Part shown: positions 49,340 through 58,441 of the stretch, one piece after another
Layout of the letters: the number at the start of each line of letters is the position of its first letter
Position numbering within the stretch: the stretch's first letter is position 1
IMG/VR virus record: IMGVR_UViG_2974747673_000001
Location: 66,915-130,914 of that record
Strand: one strand, 5' to 3'
From: a virus
Lineage: Duplodnaviria; Heunggongvirae; Uroviricota; Caudoviricetes
DNA: 64,000 bases
The notes under the pieces: model-generated
Seen by the model: only the letters and a program-made list of their open reading frames with translations
Databases searched by the model: none
What the model was told of the DNA's origin: nothing
Translations under genes and position numbers: made by a program

Positions 49340-49858
49340 ATGAAAGAAATAAAAACAAGAGTTACATTAAATGAAATTTTCTTTGCATACTTTATAGATA
49401 GTGATATAACAAAACAATGTAATCTTATAAGTAACAATATGAAAATAATTAATATTAGTGTAATAAAAGATAATCAAATAAAAATAGAATTTAAACTTTA
49501 CAAGGATAATAATATTCACTTTGCTTTGATTAGACATATTAGTAATAAGACATTAGCTGAACTCTATAATAATAAGGAAATCTTTAAATCAGATTCGTGG
49601 ATATACAAAGAAATAGATGTAGATAATAAGGATATTATTCCTTCAAATTTAGAGGATAAAATACTATTGGAGTTAAGAGATGTGGCTCATATATTAATAT
49701 TTACTTATTATATGCTAAATGCAGACAAGTATGATAAGTTAAAAGATGTTATGGGAGGATTTTGGTGTATTAGTAGAATTAGAGCTTATGCTTTTGTCTT
49801 AGAGTGGAAGAGAAGATATAATAATTTTAGTAAAGAAGAGTTAAAAAATATGAAATAA
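49340..49858 (+). CDS. hypothetical protein
   Basis: 172 aa. First gene of the plus block, downstream of promoter 49273-49301. RBS GGAGG. Confidence 0.45.
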   Translation: MKEIKTRVTLNEIFFAYFIDSDITKQCNLISNNMKIINISVIKDNQIKIEFKLYKDNNIHFALIRHISNKTLAELYNNKEIFKSDSWIYKEIDVDNKDIIPSNLEDKILLELRDVAHILIFTYYMLNADKYDKLKDVMGGFWCISRIRAYAFVLEWKRRYNNFSKEELKNMK

Positions 49859-49868
49859 AGGAGGACAT

Positions 49869-50288
49869 ATGGTTAAATTAAATGATTTTTACAAAGAAGT
49901 TATGTTTGGTGCTAAGGAATTATCTAATAGACATATAAAGATTCTAAATTTAGATTTTGGAGGAGAGAATAAAGATGATTTTACTATGTGTGATATGAAC
50001 ATCCAGTCTTTAATAGATAATAAAGAGTATTTCTTAACTATAAGACTAAAAATACACAAATCTTTATTATTATTAGCAACTAATGAATATATCTATACTG
50101 ATTTTGAAATTTCAAAGACAGAATTAGATAGTGTATATATTTATGATTGTATTAGACTTTTGGAATTTCTTATGATTAAATATAATAAGTTTGAAGCTAG
50201 GAATTATACCTCTCTAAATAGTGTAGATAAATTCTATTTAGCAGTATTCAAACTACAAAATTGTAAGTCTAATACAGGTAATTTATAA
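49869..50288 (+). CDS. hypothetical protein
   Basis: 139 aa, RBS AAGGAGG. Confidence 0.45.
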   Translation: MVKLNDFYKEVMFGAKELSNRHIKILNLDFGGENKDDFTMCDMNIQSLIDNKEYFLTIRLKIHKSLLLLATNEYIYTDFEISKTELDSVYIYDCIRLLEFLMIKYNKFEARNYTSLNSVDKFYLAVFKLQNCKSNTGNL

Positions 50289-50722
50289 TGAAGAAAAGAA
50301 ATCATAAAATAATTCAAACTTATAATTATCATATCCCTAGACAAATAGGATTTAAAAGATATATTAATTTTATAAGTAAATATATTATATCTTTTAATAT
50401 TCAATCAAAAGAAGAAAACAAATATAATAGCTTCACTCTATGGAATGACTTATATGAGAAAGGTGTATGGAACATAAAGAGAACATTGGAAATAAGAAGA
50501 TATTTTAGAAATGAATTTAAAAGAGGTTGCTATTCTGATATGCAACCTGAAAGAGTTGTCATTCATAAAACTCAAACTAGATGTCTAATAATATTTAAAA
50601 TGAATTATAAGTGGGAATTAGAGCAAACAGACAGGGAGGAGTATAAAGAATATACCTTTGTGTATGTAATGTTAAATAAAGGTAGTGTAGAACTTTTAAA
50701 AGGAAGTGAGGATATATGTTAA
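50288..50722 (+). CDS. hypothetical protein
   Basis: 144 aa, ATGA overlap with the upstream gene. Confidence 0.4.
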   Translation: MKKRNHKIIQTYNYHIPRQIGFKRYINFISKYIISFNIQSKEENKYNSFTLWNDLYEKGVWNIKRTLEIRRYFRNEFKRGCYSDMQPERVVIHKTQTRCLIIFKMNYKWELEQTDREEYKEYTFVYVMLNKGSVELLKGSEDIC

Positions 50723-50898
50723 AAGGATTAAATATTGTGTTAGTTTTATTATTAATAGTTCTTGGAATAATGATACTAGATTTTATTAGATTGAAAATAC
50801 AGTTATATAAATTAGATAAGAAATTACAAGAGCTAAGTAAAGAAAATTATAAAGAGTTTATTAATAGAGTTAGCAAAATATTAGAAAAAGAATTATAG
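50716..50898 (+). CDS. small membrane protein
   Basis: 60 aa, one transmembrane helix, followed by a terminator. Confidence 0.35.
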   Translation: MLKGLNIVLVLLLIVLGIMILDFIRLKIQLYKLDKKLQELSKENYKEFINRVSKILEKEL

Positions 50899-50930
50899 AG
50901 GTTGAGATTTACCTCTATAATTTTTAATAA
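50894..50930 (+). terminator. rho-independent terminator
   Basis: TATAGAGG-loop-CCTCTATA hairpin followed by ATTTTTAAT. Confidence 0.5.
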
Positions 50931-50938
50931 ATTTATTA

Positions 50939-50967
50939 TTGACACATTTAAAATCATATGCTATAAT
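50939..50967 (+). promoter_or_regulatory. promoter TTGACA-N17-TATAAT upstream of the AbrB-like gene 51001
   Basis: Consensus hexamers. Confidence 0.55.
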
Positions 50968-51000
50968 AAGTTAAACATTAAATTAAAGGAGAGTGGTTAT

Positions 51001-51228
51001 ATGAAAAGAATTAATAAAGTAAGTTGGTTTCCTATTGGTAAAAAAGGGAACGGAGATGAGGCAGTTAGACTCATACTCAATAAAAAAGCTATGGAACAAA
51101 TGGGAATGAGTAAGACTGGTTGTAGGGATGTATTGGTTGAATATGATTTTAAAAATAAAAAGATAATGGTAACACCATTATTAGAAAATGAAGAAGGAGT
51201 GATGGTCAATGAAATTACAATTAAATAA
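51001..51228 (+). CDS. AbrB/SpoVT (swapped-hairpin) family small DNA-binding protein, paralog 1
   Basis: 'AVRLILNKKAMEQMGMSKTGCRDVLVEYDFKNKKIMV' matches the AbrB/MazE N-domain pattern. RBS AAGGAGAG precedes the ATG at 51001; the ORF-track start at 50902 is unlikely. Confidence 0.55.
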   Translation: MKRINKVSWFPIGKKGNGDEAVRLILNKKAMEQMGMSKTGCRDVLVEYDFKNKKIMVTPLLENEEGVMVNEITIK

Positions 51229-52348
51229 CATTGTTAAACTAGGAGATTATGAAGTTAAAAGTCTAAATGTAGATAGTGTTTCTTATATAGGAACAATAGA
51301 TATTGCAACTTTACACAGATATAAGGTTAAAGATGTTGAAGAACTTATAAGTCTATGTAAAGATAAGTTTGAAAACAAAGAACTAATTGAAGTAGACAAA
51401 GATAATAACTTAGAATTAAAGGACAAATATTTATTGTCTGACAGTGGGTATTTAAAATTCCTTGAAATATTAGAAGACACTAAAACAAAAGAAAGATATA
51501 ATTATATGTGTACTAATTTCTTTAACAAGAAAGTGAAAGAAGAACCTAAACAAGAAATTAGAGTTAAGGATACTATTACTAGCTTGGAGTTATTAGAACA
51601 GATAAATATATTTAGAAGAGAAGAAGGAAATAAAAGTGAGTTGTTACATAAGAATTTATTAGCCATAATTCGTGATGAATTTGAGGAAGAAATTAACGAG
51701 CTAAAAATTCAGCCCGTTGAATATACAGATAAAAAGGGGGAGAAAAGACCTATGTATATTCTAACTCTAAATCAAGCTAAACAAGTTTTAATGAGAGAGT
51801 CTAAATTTGTCAGAAGAGCTGTTATACTTTATTTAGAAAAGTTAGAAAAGAGAATTATTGAATTAGAAAATCAATTATCTACAAAAGATGTTTTAATGCT
51901 TAAAGTAATTAAAGCAAACACAGAAATATCAAGAGCAATAGCAATGAATGAGTATGAAATACATTATGTTCAACCTCTTGAAAATAATCTTAAAGAAGAA
52001 AAGGATAAAGTAATATTAAAAGACTTAGAATTAAAAAGTCAAAAACATAAAGTAGACTTATATGATACAATAGCAGATAAAGATAAGACTTTTACTATGT
52101 CAGAGGTCGCTAAATTAATTAATTATATTAGTGTAGGTAGAAATAAATTGTTTGAAATATTGAGATTAAATGATATTTTAAGAAATAATAATGAGCCTTA
52201 TCAAACTTATGTAGATAGAGGTTGGTTTAAAATTATAGTAACAGAAAAAGGTACTCAAGTAGTATTTCAAACAGTAGTATACCAAAAAGGTGTAGAGAAA
52301 ATATGTGAGTTGTTAGATGGGTTAGGTTATAAGAAAGCTATAAGATAA
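51209..52348 (+). CDS. antirepressor-like protein (ORF6N/KilA-C-type C-terminus), paralog
   Basis: C-terminal ~200 aa are paralogous to 27615..28403 and 60331..61122. Overlaps the upstream AbrB-like gene. Confidence 0.45.
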   Translation: MKLQLNNIVKLGDYEVKSLNVDSVSYIGTIDIATLHRYKVKDVEELISLCKDKFENKELIEVDKDNNLELKDKYLLSDSGYLKFLEILEDTKTKERYNYMCTNFFNKKVKEEPKQEIRVKDTITSLELLEQINIFRREEGNKSELLHKNLLAIIRDEFEEEINELKIQPVEYTDKKGEKRPMYILTLNQAKQVLMRESKFVRRAVILYLEKLEKRIIELENQLSTKDVLMLKVIKANTEISRAIAMNEYEIHYVQPLENNLKEEKDKVILKDLELKSQKHKVDLYDTIADKDKTFTMSEVAKLINYISVGRNKLFEILRLNDILRNNNEPYQTYVDRGWFKIIVTEKGTQVVFQTVVYQKGVEKICELLDGLGYKKAIR

Positions 52349-52353
52349 AGGAG

Positions 52354-52665
52354 ATGATACTTATGGAAATTTTAACAATGAAAGAAATAGTAGAAAAATT
52401 AATATGTAGTGATTTAGGTAAATATCGTGATAGCTTTAATTATATACTTATTCTATCTAAAATAGAGGATATAAATGATGATATTTATAAATCTTATCAA
52501 GTTTGTATAGAAAATGATGAGAGTTATAAAGATAAAGTAGTTTATGTTTCTGAATATGATTTATTAACAGAGGATGTAACAGGTAAAACTTGGGAGATTG
52601 AGGATTTTGATTTATATATTAAAAATTCAGATGTAATTGCTATTACAGATGTTATTGAAATTTAA
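52354..52665 (+). CDS. hypothetical acidic protein
   Basis: 103 aa, followed by a terminator. Confidence 0.4.
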   Translation: MILMEILTMKEIVEKLICSDLGKYRDSFNYILILSKIEDINDDIYKSYQVCIENDESYKDKVVYVSEYDLLTEDVTGKTWEIEDFDLYIKNSDVIAITDVIEI

Positions 52666-52697
52666 AGAGTAGTAAATTCTACTCTTTTATTTTTATT
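52664..52697 (+). terminator. rho-independent terminator
   Basis: AGAGTAG-taaatt-CTACTCT hairpin followed by TTTTATTTTTATT. Confidence 0.6.
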
Positions 52698-52708
52698 AAA
52701 ATTTTTTA

Positions 52709-52737
52709 TTGACATAATTTTTAATGTATGCTATAAT
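52709..52737 (+). promoter_or_regulatory. promoter TTGACA-N17-TATAAT
   Basis: Consensus hexamers upstream of 52761. Confidence 0.55.
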
Positions 52738-52760
52738 AGGTTATCAAAAGTTAAAGAGGA

Positions 52761-53069
52761 GTGATAAATATGATAAAAATAAGTTTAGGAACAATTAAAG
52801 GTAGACATCAATTACCTATAGCAGATTATGTTTTTAATAAAGAGGTACAAGATGTAACAGACGTAGAGAAAATACAACAAGATGTAGACTACTATTTCAA
52901 TGAATTAAATAAAACTTGTAATGACAAAGTTCAAATAATCTTATATATTACAGGATTGACAGTAGTAACACTTGCTATTGTAAAGGCTTGTAAGAGATTA
53001 GGTTATGAATTAGTAGCAATGCACTTTGACAGAGATAGTAATTCATACTTTGGACAAAAGGTATTATAA
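52761..53069 (+). CDS. hypothetical protein
   Basis: 102 aa with its own consensus promoter. Confidence 0.4.
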   Translation: MINMIKISLGTIKGRHQLPIADYVFNKEVQDVTDVEKIQQDVDYYFNELNKTCNDKVQIILYITGLTVVTLAIVKACKRLGYELVAMHFDRDSNSYFGQKVL

Positions 53070-53082
53070 AGGAAGTGATTAA

Positions 53083-53472
53083 ATGAAAGTGAGTAAACTG
53101 AATTGGTTAAATATAGGAAGGGGATACGAGAGTATTCGTCTTATCCTAAATAAGAAAAAGGTTGAGGCTATGGGGTATGATAGGGATAAAAATAATGAAG
53201 TAGTTATAGATTATGATATAGAAAATCAAACTATAACTATAAAACCTTTTAAACCTACTAAATATAAAACACCTAATATAATAGCTAGTGTTATACTAAA
53301 TATGAAAGGTAATTTTGTTTTAGAAGATGTAGTTAGAGAAGTTAAAAGATTAGATGAGAATGCAGTAAATATTAAAGAAATTAAAGAAAAATTAGAAGTA
53401 ATGAATGAATATGGACTTATAGGACAAACAGAGTTATATTATTTTTCTGTACCTAGTAAAATTTCAATTTAG
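53083..53472 (+). CDS. AbrB/SpoVT family small DNA-binding protein, paralog 2 (with C-terminal extension)
   Basis: 'SIRLILNKKKVEAMGYDRDKNNEVVIDYDIENQTITI' is paralogous to 51001..51228. Confidence 0.5.
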   Translation: MKVSKLNWLNIGRGYESIRLILNKKKVEAMGYDRDKNNEVVIDYDIENQTITIKPFKPTKYKTPNIIASVILNMKGNFVLEDVVREVKRLDENAVNIKEIKEKLEVMNEYGLIGQTELYYFSVPSKISI

Positions 53473-53619
53473 AATGTTTGTGATAGGTCTAAAAATGATT
53501 TTAAAAATTATATACCTAAATTTATAAAATCATTTTAAAGTGCAAATTACAAAGTCTAACAAATAATAATTATTTAAAATAATAATTACGAGTAATAATT
53601 TTTAAAAGGAGTTGATAAT

Positions 53620-54051
53620 ATGGAAAATAAAAATTTAAAATTACTACAAGATAAATCAATAGAATTTTTTAACAAATTTGGAGTTGAAGCTTTACATATT
53701 TATTATACTAGAATTTTAGAAACTTTTTTAAAAGATGCAGGTGCTAATTGGAATCCCCCTATAAAATGGGATAATTTACCTGAAAAATATAAATCAGATA
53801 GTTTAACAGAAGAATATTTATTTATAAAATACATAGTAGAGCAAAGAAAAGATAATTATGATATATACAGAGATTCTTATGATGATATAGATGTATTTTT
53901 AGCTGACCCTGTATTAAAAATGCTATTAGATTATAAAGCAAAATATTTTATTGATGAGATATTTGCTGAATTAGGTTTAGAAATAGTGGGAAAGAGAAAA
54001 GAGGGTGGAGTATTAGTTAGTGAAATAGATAAGAATAAATTTATAAACTAG
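53620..54051 (+). CDS. hypothetical protein
   Basis: 143 aa. Confidence 0.4.
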   Translation: MENKNLKLLQDKSIEFFNKFGVEALHIYYTRILETFLKDAGANWNPPIKWDNLPEKYKSDSLTEEYLFIKYIVEQRKDNYDIYRDSYDDIDVFLADPVLKMLLDYKAKYFIDEIFAELGLEIVGKRKEGGVLVSEIDKNKFIN

Positions 54052-54060
54052 GAGGTATAA

Positions 54061-54780
54061 ATGACAAAACAAGAACAATATAACAAATTTATGGAAGAAT
54101 TAATAAAAGAACAATGTAATAATAATTTAACTTTTAAATGTACTTGGTTAGATATAGAAAGATTATATAAAGAAAATTGGACTAAATTTTTTAAAAAGAA
54201 ATATAATCAATATGGAGAACTTATATTTGTAAAAAGTATGAAAATATTAATTGAACAATCCAATAATAAATTTTTAGAAGATATAGGGTATAAAAAATTT
54301 GAAGATAGAATTACAGATATGTTTATAAGTTTCAGACTACAAATGTATACTTATTATAGAATACCTGATTTTTTAAATAGTTACCATTATAAAGAATTTC
54401 ATATAATAAGAAATAAACTTATAGGAACTTATGAATTTGAAAGATATATGAAATCTTGGGTTGAAATTGGTTATTTAAAATATAGAGATAACTTAATAGT
54501 TGGTTCTAATTATTATGAACTATGGCAAATGATTAAAACTTTTCCTAGACATACTTTTCTAAAATCTCAATATTTTATGAATCAAGTTGAACTATATGTT
54601 GCAGATTGTATAGATGTACTTACTACACCACAAAAAGAATTGTATGAGTTATTTAGAGATGAGGTATTTCAACAAAAACCTATAACAAGAGAATGGGTAT
54701 TAAATTCAGATGTAAAAGTACCTACAGTAGAAGAAATAAATAAAGAATTTAAAGAAAAATTAAATAAAATTAAAATATAA
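54061..54780 (+). CDS. hypothetical protein
   Basis: 239 aa. Confidence 0.4.
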   Translation: MTKQEQYNKFMEELIKEQCNNNLTFKCTWLDIERLYKENWTKFFKKKYNQYGELIFVKSMKILIEQSNNKFLEDIGYKKFEDRITDMFISFRLQMYTYYRIPDFLNSYHYKEFHIIRNKLIGTYEFERYMKSWVEIGYLKYRDNLIVGSNYYELWQMIKTFPRHTFLKSQYFMNQVELYVADCIDVLTTPQKELYELFRDEVFQQKPITREWVLNSDVKVPTVEEINKEFKEKLNKIKI

Positions 54781-54793
54781 AAGGAGGAATCAA

Positions 54794-55159
54794 ATGGTAG
54801 ATATTGGAAATTTAAAAGATTTTGATATATTTAAAAATGAAATTTTAAGAAATTTAGGATTAGTAGTAAAAACTTTTAAAATTATTTATAATGAAGAAAA
54901 TAAAATACCTATAGTATTCTTAGAATTATATGAGGATAACGAAGAAATTAAAAATAAACTAACTCAAGTTTTAAATACACTAAATATTATAGATGATTTT
55001 TTAACTTTAGGATTGAATATTGAAATTTCTTATGGAAATGAGGATTTAACAATAACTGCTTTAGATGGTAGAGAAATTTTAAATAGAGATTTTGGTAGAT
55101 ATTTGATAACTCATTTATATTCTACTATAATAAATTATAAAGGAGATGTGATAGAATGA
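54794..55159 (+). CDS. hypothetical protein
   Basis: 121 aa. Confidence 0.4.
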   Translation: MVDIGNLKDFDIFKNEILRNLGLVVKTFKIIYNEENKIPIVFLELYEDNEEIKNKLTQVLNTLNIIDDFLTLGLNIEISYGNEDLTITALDGREILNRDFGRYLITHLYSTIINYKGDVIE

Positions 55160-57372
55160 GAACATTATTATTAATGAGAGGAGCTATGGCTTCAGGTAAA
55201 AGTCAATTTATAAAGGATAATAATTTACAACCTTATACTTTATGTGCAGATGACTTCAGAGTTGCAATATGTAATCCTATTTTATCATTAGATGGAGAAT
55301 TTTCTATTAGCCAAAAAAATGATAGACTAGCTTGGAATATGTTGTTACAATGTCTTGAAGAAAGAATGAAAAGAGGGGATTTTACAGTTATAGATGCTAC
55401 TCATTCCACTCAAAAGATGTTAAATAATTATAAGGCATTGGCAGAAATGTATAAGTATACTATATTTGTAAAACAATTAGATGTACCTTTGGAAACTTGT
55501 TTAGAAAGAAATAGAACTAGAGATAAATATAAATTTGTTCCAGAAGAAGCTATAAAGAGATGTCATACTTTAATTAGTCAAACAGAATTATCAAAAGGTG
55601 TAAAAAAAATTGATAAAATAGAAGATATTAATAATTTCTATGTAGATAATATTACAGACAAATATAACAGAGTTATTATAGTTGGAGATGTGCATTCTTG
55701 TAATACAGTTTTAGGACAAATGTTTGATAAAGAGGAATATAGAGAAGATACACTATATGTATTTTTAGGAGATTATTTAGATAGAGGAATAGAACATAAA
55801 GAAACTTTAAAGAGAATGATGTACTTATCTACTTTGAAAAATGTAATATTGCTTGAAGGAAACCACGAATTAAATTTTGGTGGTTGGTGTCAAGGTAGAG
55901 AAATAAAAAGTAAAAAGTTCTTAAATGAAACTCTTAAAATTTTAATAGATGGACTTAATGATGAAGAAATAGAACAATTTAAGTCAAAAGGTAGACAATT
56001 CTATAAAAAACAAAGACAAGCCTATGCTTTTGAATTTGAGGGTAAAAAGTATTTATGTACACATGCAGGATTACCTAGTGTGCCTTTGATGACATATATT
56101 GCAACAGATGATATGATTAAAGGTATAGGAGATTATGAAGATGATATTAGTGGTATCTATGAAAATAATTATGCACTAGGAAAATGTCAAGACTTTATTC
56201 AAATATTTGGACATAGAGCTAATAAATGTACTGAACATTCTATTAATTTAGAGGGTCAAGTAGAATTTGGTGGAAATTTAATGTACTATGTACTTGAAAA
56301 AGGAAAAGAACCTAGATTAGAAAGTATAAAGAATGAAGTTTATGATAAAGAATATTTCAATAGAGAAAGAGAAAAATATAATAGAACAGAAAGTAAGAAT
56401 TTAACTCAAAACGAAGAAGTAAATAAACTTATATTAAGTAAATTAGTAAAAGTAAAACAATGTGAACCTAACTTATTATCTTTGAATTTTGGAGATAATG
56501 TTTTTAGAAAGAAACAATGGAATGATATTACAGTTAAAGCTAGAGGACTTTTTGTAGATAAGGAAACAGGTAATGTATCTATAAGAAGCTACAATAAATT
56601 CTTTAATTATGGAGAACTTAAAGAAACAAGAGATGAGTATTTGATGAAAAATTTACAATATCCATTAATAGCAAAATATAAAGAAAATGGATTTTTAGGT
56701 CTTATGTCCGTAGTGAATGGAGAGGTTGTATTAGCGACAAAATCAACTACACAAGGGGATTATAAAGAGTATTTTCAAGAACTATGGAATAGAGAGAACT
56801 CAAACATAAAGATGTATTTACAAGAATTTGCAAGTAAAGAAAATTGTACTTTCATATTTGAAGTTAAATCTTTTAAAGACAAACATATAATAGATTTTAA
56901 TAAAGAGGAACTTGTCTTATTGGATGTTGTTAAAAACAGTTTAGAGGTCAATGGAATTAATATTGATACAAATTATAGCTCAAAGTGTTTAAATGAGTTT
57001 TATAACTATGTGAGAGCCTTAGATTGCAAAATAATAAGAGTAATAGATACATATGCTATATTAGATGACTTCGAACATTTTAAAGAGTTATTACAAACTT
57101 TTAAATATAATGCTTTTGAAGGATTTGTATTCACAGACCAAAATGGATTTATGTTTAAATGGAAATCTGATTATTATTTAAAGTGGAAGAGTGTAAGATA
57201 CTGTTATCAATATTATTTAAAACATTGGCAAGAAGCATTTCCATTTAGAATCTGTAAAGATAGTTTTGAGATTAATTTTATGAAATGGGTTACAGAGCAA
57301 GACATTAATTGGTTAAAATCTGTCAACTATGTAGATGTAATAAATGAATATAAAAATAATATAGGTAGTTAA
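55156..57372 (+). CDS. trifunctional polynucleotide kinase / metallophosphoesterase 2',3'-phosphatase / Rnl1-type RNA ligase (Pnkp-like RNA repair enzyme)
   Basis: Kinase P-loop 'GAMASGKSQF'. Lambda-phosphatase-type motifs 'GDVHSC', 'GDYLDRG', 'GNHE'. Ligase motif I 'KYKENGFLG' (compare T4 Rnl1 KEDG), motif IV 'FEGFVF', motif V 'FKWKS'. The domain order matches C. thermocellum Pnkp. Confidence 0.7.
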   Translation: MRTLLLMRGAMASGKSQFIKDNNLQPYTLCADDFRVAICNPILSLDGEFSISQKNDRLAWNMLLQCLEERMKRGDFTVIDATHSTQKMLNNYKALAEMYKYTIFVKQLDVPLETCLERNRTRDKYKFVPEEAIKRCHTLISQTELSKGVKKIDKIEDINNFYVDNITDKYNRVIIVGDVHSCNTVLGQMFDKEEYREDTLYVFLGDYLDRGIEHKETLKRMMYLSTLKNVILLEGNHELNFGGWCQGREIKSKKFLNETLKILIDGLNDEEIEQFKSKGRQFYKKQRQAYAFEFEGKKYLCTHAGLPSVPLMTYIATDDMIKGIGDYEDDISGIYENNYALGKCQDFIQIFGHRANKCTEHSINLEGQVEFGGNLMYYVLEKGKEPRLESIKNEVYDKEYFNREREKYNRTESKNLTQNEEVNKLILSKLVKVKQCEPNLLSLNFGDNVFRKKQWNDITVKARGLFVDKETGNVSIRSYNKFFNYGELKETRDEYLMKNLQYPLIAKYKENGFLGLMSVVNGEVVLATKSTTQGDYKEYFQELWNRENSNIKMYLQEFASKENCTFIFEVKSFKDKHIIDFNKEELVLLDVVKNSLEVNGINIDTNYSSKCLNEFYNYVRALDCKIIRVIDTYAILDDFEHFKELLQTFKYNAFEGFVFTDQNGFMFKWKSDYYLKWKSVRYCYQYYLKHWQEAFPFRICKDSFEINFMKWVTEQDINWLKSVNYVDVINEYKNNIGS

Positions 57373-57392
57373 ACACTACCTATATTTATTAT
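57361..57392 (+). terminator. terminator hairpin after the Pnkp-like gene
   Basis: ATAGGTAGT-taaac-ACTACCTAT hairpin overlapping the stop, followed by a weak T-run. Confidence 0.4.
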
Positions 57393-57424
57393 AAAACATT
57401 AGACTAGCATTTAGGAGTGTTATA

Positions 57425-57604
57425 ATGAGTAAATACTTAGAATGGTTATGGATAAATGGACTTATATTAGTAGGAAAGGCTATAAATGGAAAGATATTTA
57501 CAGAGGAAGATATTAGACTATATAAGGAAATAAAGGAACAGCATTTATTTTTAACAAATAGTGAAATTAGATTAATAGAAAAACATTTAAAGGAGGTAAA
57601 ATGA
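57425..57604 (+). CDS. hypothetical small protein (59 aa)
   Basis: ATG-to-TGA frame not in the ORF track because it is under 60 aa. Sits between the Pnkp terminator and the tRNA-array promoter. Confidence 0.25.
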   Translation: MSKYLEWLWINGLILVGKAINGKIFTEEDIRLYKEIKEQHLFLTNSEIRLIEKHLKEVK

Positions 57605-57724
57605 ATTATTGGTTTAGTGAGAATAAAAGATTAAAAGGAGAACCTTTATAAAAATTTTTTATTAATAATACCAACATAAAATAATAAAAATATAGAATTT
57701 TTTGATAAAATAGAATAAAATCAC

Positions 57725-57753
57725 TTGACAAAGTTAATTTTGTATGTTATACT
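57725..57753 (+). promoter_or_regulatory. sigma-A-type promoter (TTGACA-N17-TATACT) driving the non-coding leader and tRNA array
   Basis: -35 at 57725-57730 and -10 at 57748-57753. Nearly identical to the minus-strand promoter at 35787-35815. Confidence 0.6.
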
Positions 57754-58279
57754 TATTTTGTAAGATGAAAGAGCTGATTTAGTCGCTAAAGTATATCTTA
57801 CATTTATGGAATACACCAAAACTTTTGGCTGTGGAAGTTGTGATGACACACTCTTTCCTTGTAAGTTCGTGAGAGGTTTCAGACAGCAAGTGATGAGGTA
57901 GTTAGCTAACAAGGTTTGGAACTTACCCTTGCTAATACACCCTTGTCCAATTAAACTTAAAAACGAGTTTTAGGATTTTGACTCTTAAAGATATATCTTA
58001 TTAAAAGCCTTTAAAAATAAAATCAGTTACTCTTTATCATAAAAGAGCCTTTTAAACAGTTCTAGTTTTAGGTTAATAAACGAACTCTTATATAGGTTTA
58101 TCTCTCATTTACCCTATATACTTAAAAATGAGAGGTTAAATAGATACTCAACTAAAAGATTGTACTAAGTTTCCATTGTAGATTTTGAGTAAGATTACAC
58201 ATTATAATATTCGCCTCCTTTCAGAATATAAATGAGTTGAGTATCTATTTAATACTAAAAAGAAGTAGTATTTTATATG
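57754..58279 (+). ncRNA. ~520 nt non-coding transcribed leader or candidate structured RNA upstream of the tRNA array
   Basis: No credible ORF. Lies downstream of the strong promoter. Locally elevated GC (57830-57950). 8-bp helix GTAAGTTC/GAACTTAC (57864-71 / 57925-32). Palindrome GTTAGCTAAC (57905-14). 15-bp inverted repeat AAATAGATACTCAAC/GTTGAGTATCTATTT (58139-53 / 58236-50). Confidence 0.3.
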
Positions 58280-58353
58280 GTGGGAGTAGTGTAATGGTAG
58301 CACAACAGTTTGTGGCACTGTTAGATTGGTTTCAAATACCAACTCTCACACCA
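58280..58353 (+). tRNA. tRNA-His (anticodon GTG) with A73 discriminator, encoded CCA and a genomic G at -1
   Basis: Hand-folded cloverleaf. Acceptor GTGGGAG/CTCTCAC, D stem GTGT/GCAC, anticodon stem ACAGT/ACTGT with loop TTGTGGC, T arm TTGGT-TTCAAAT-ACCAA. Confidence 0.7.
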
Positions 58354-58362
58354 AAACCTTAT

Positions 58363-58436
58363 TGCAGAGTGGAGGAAAAGTACCTCACTAGGCTCATTCC
58401 CTAGAGAAGTGGGAGCATTACCCACCTCTGCCACCA
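58363..58436 (+). tRNA. tRNA with CAT anticodon (Met, fMet or Ile2) and a non-canonical T loop
   Basis: Acceptor TGCAGAG/CTCTGCC with a 1-72 mismatch. D stem GAGG/CCTC. Anticodon stem CTAGG/CCTAG with loop CTCATTC. T stem GTGGG/CCCAC with loop AGCATTA. CCA encoded. Confidence 0.5.
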
Positions 58437-58441
58437 AATAT

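Noticed and set aside
50902-51000. N-terminal extension of the AbrB-like ORF in the ORF track (start at 50902)
   Set aside because: The extension would run through a terminator hairpin and the -35/-10 of promoter 50939-50967. A strong RBS precedes the internal ATG at 51001, and paralogs start at the equivalent Met.
50997-51480. Minus-strand ORFs 50997..51209 and 51283..51480
   Set aside because: Antisense to plus-strand genes with conserved paralogs; low-complexity Ser/Leu-rich products.
57721-57912. 63-aa minus-strand ORF over the tRNA-array promoter and leader
   Set aside because: Overlaps the consensus plus-strand promoter and has no RBS. The region is more parsimoniously a non-coding leader.
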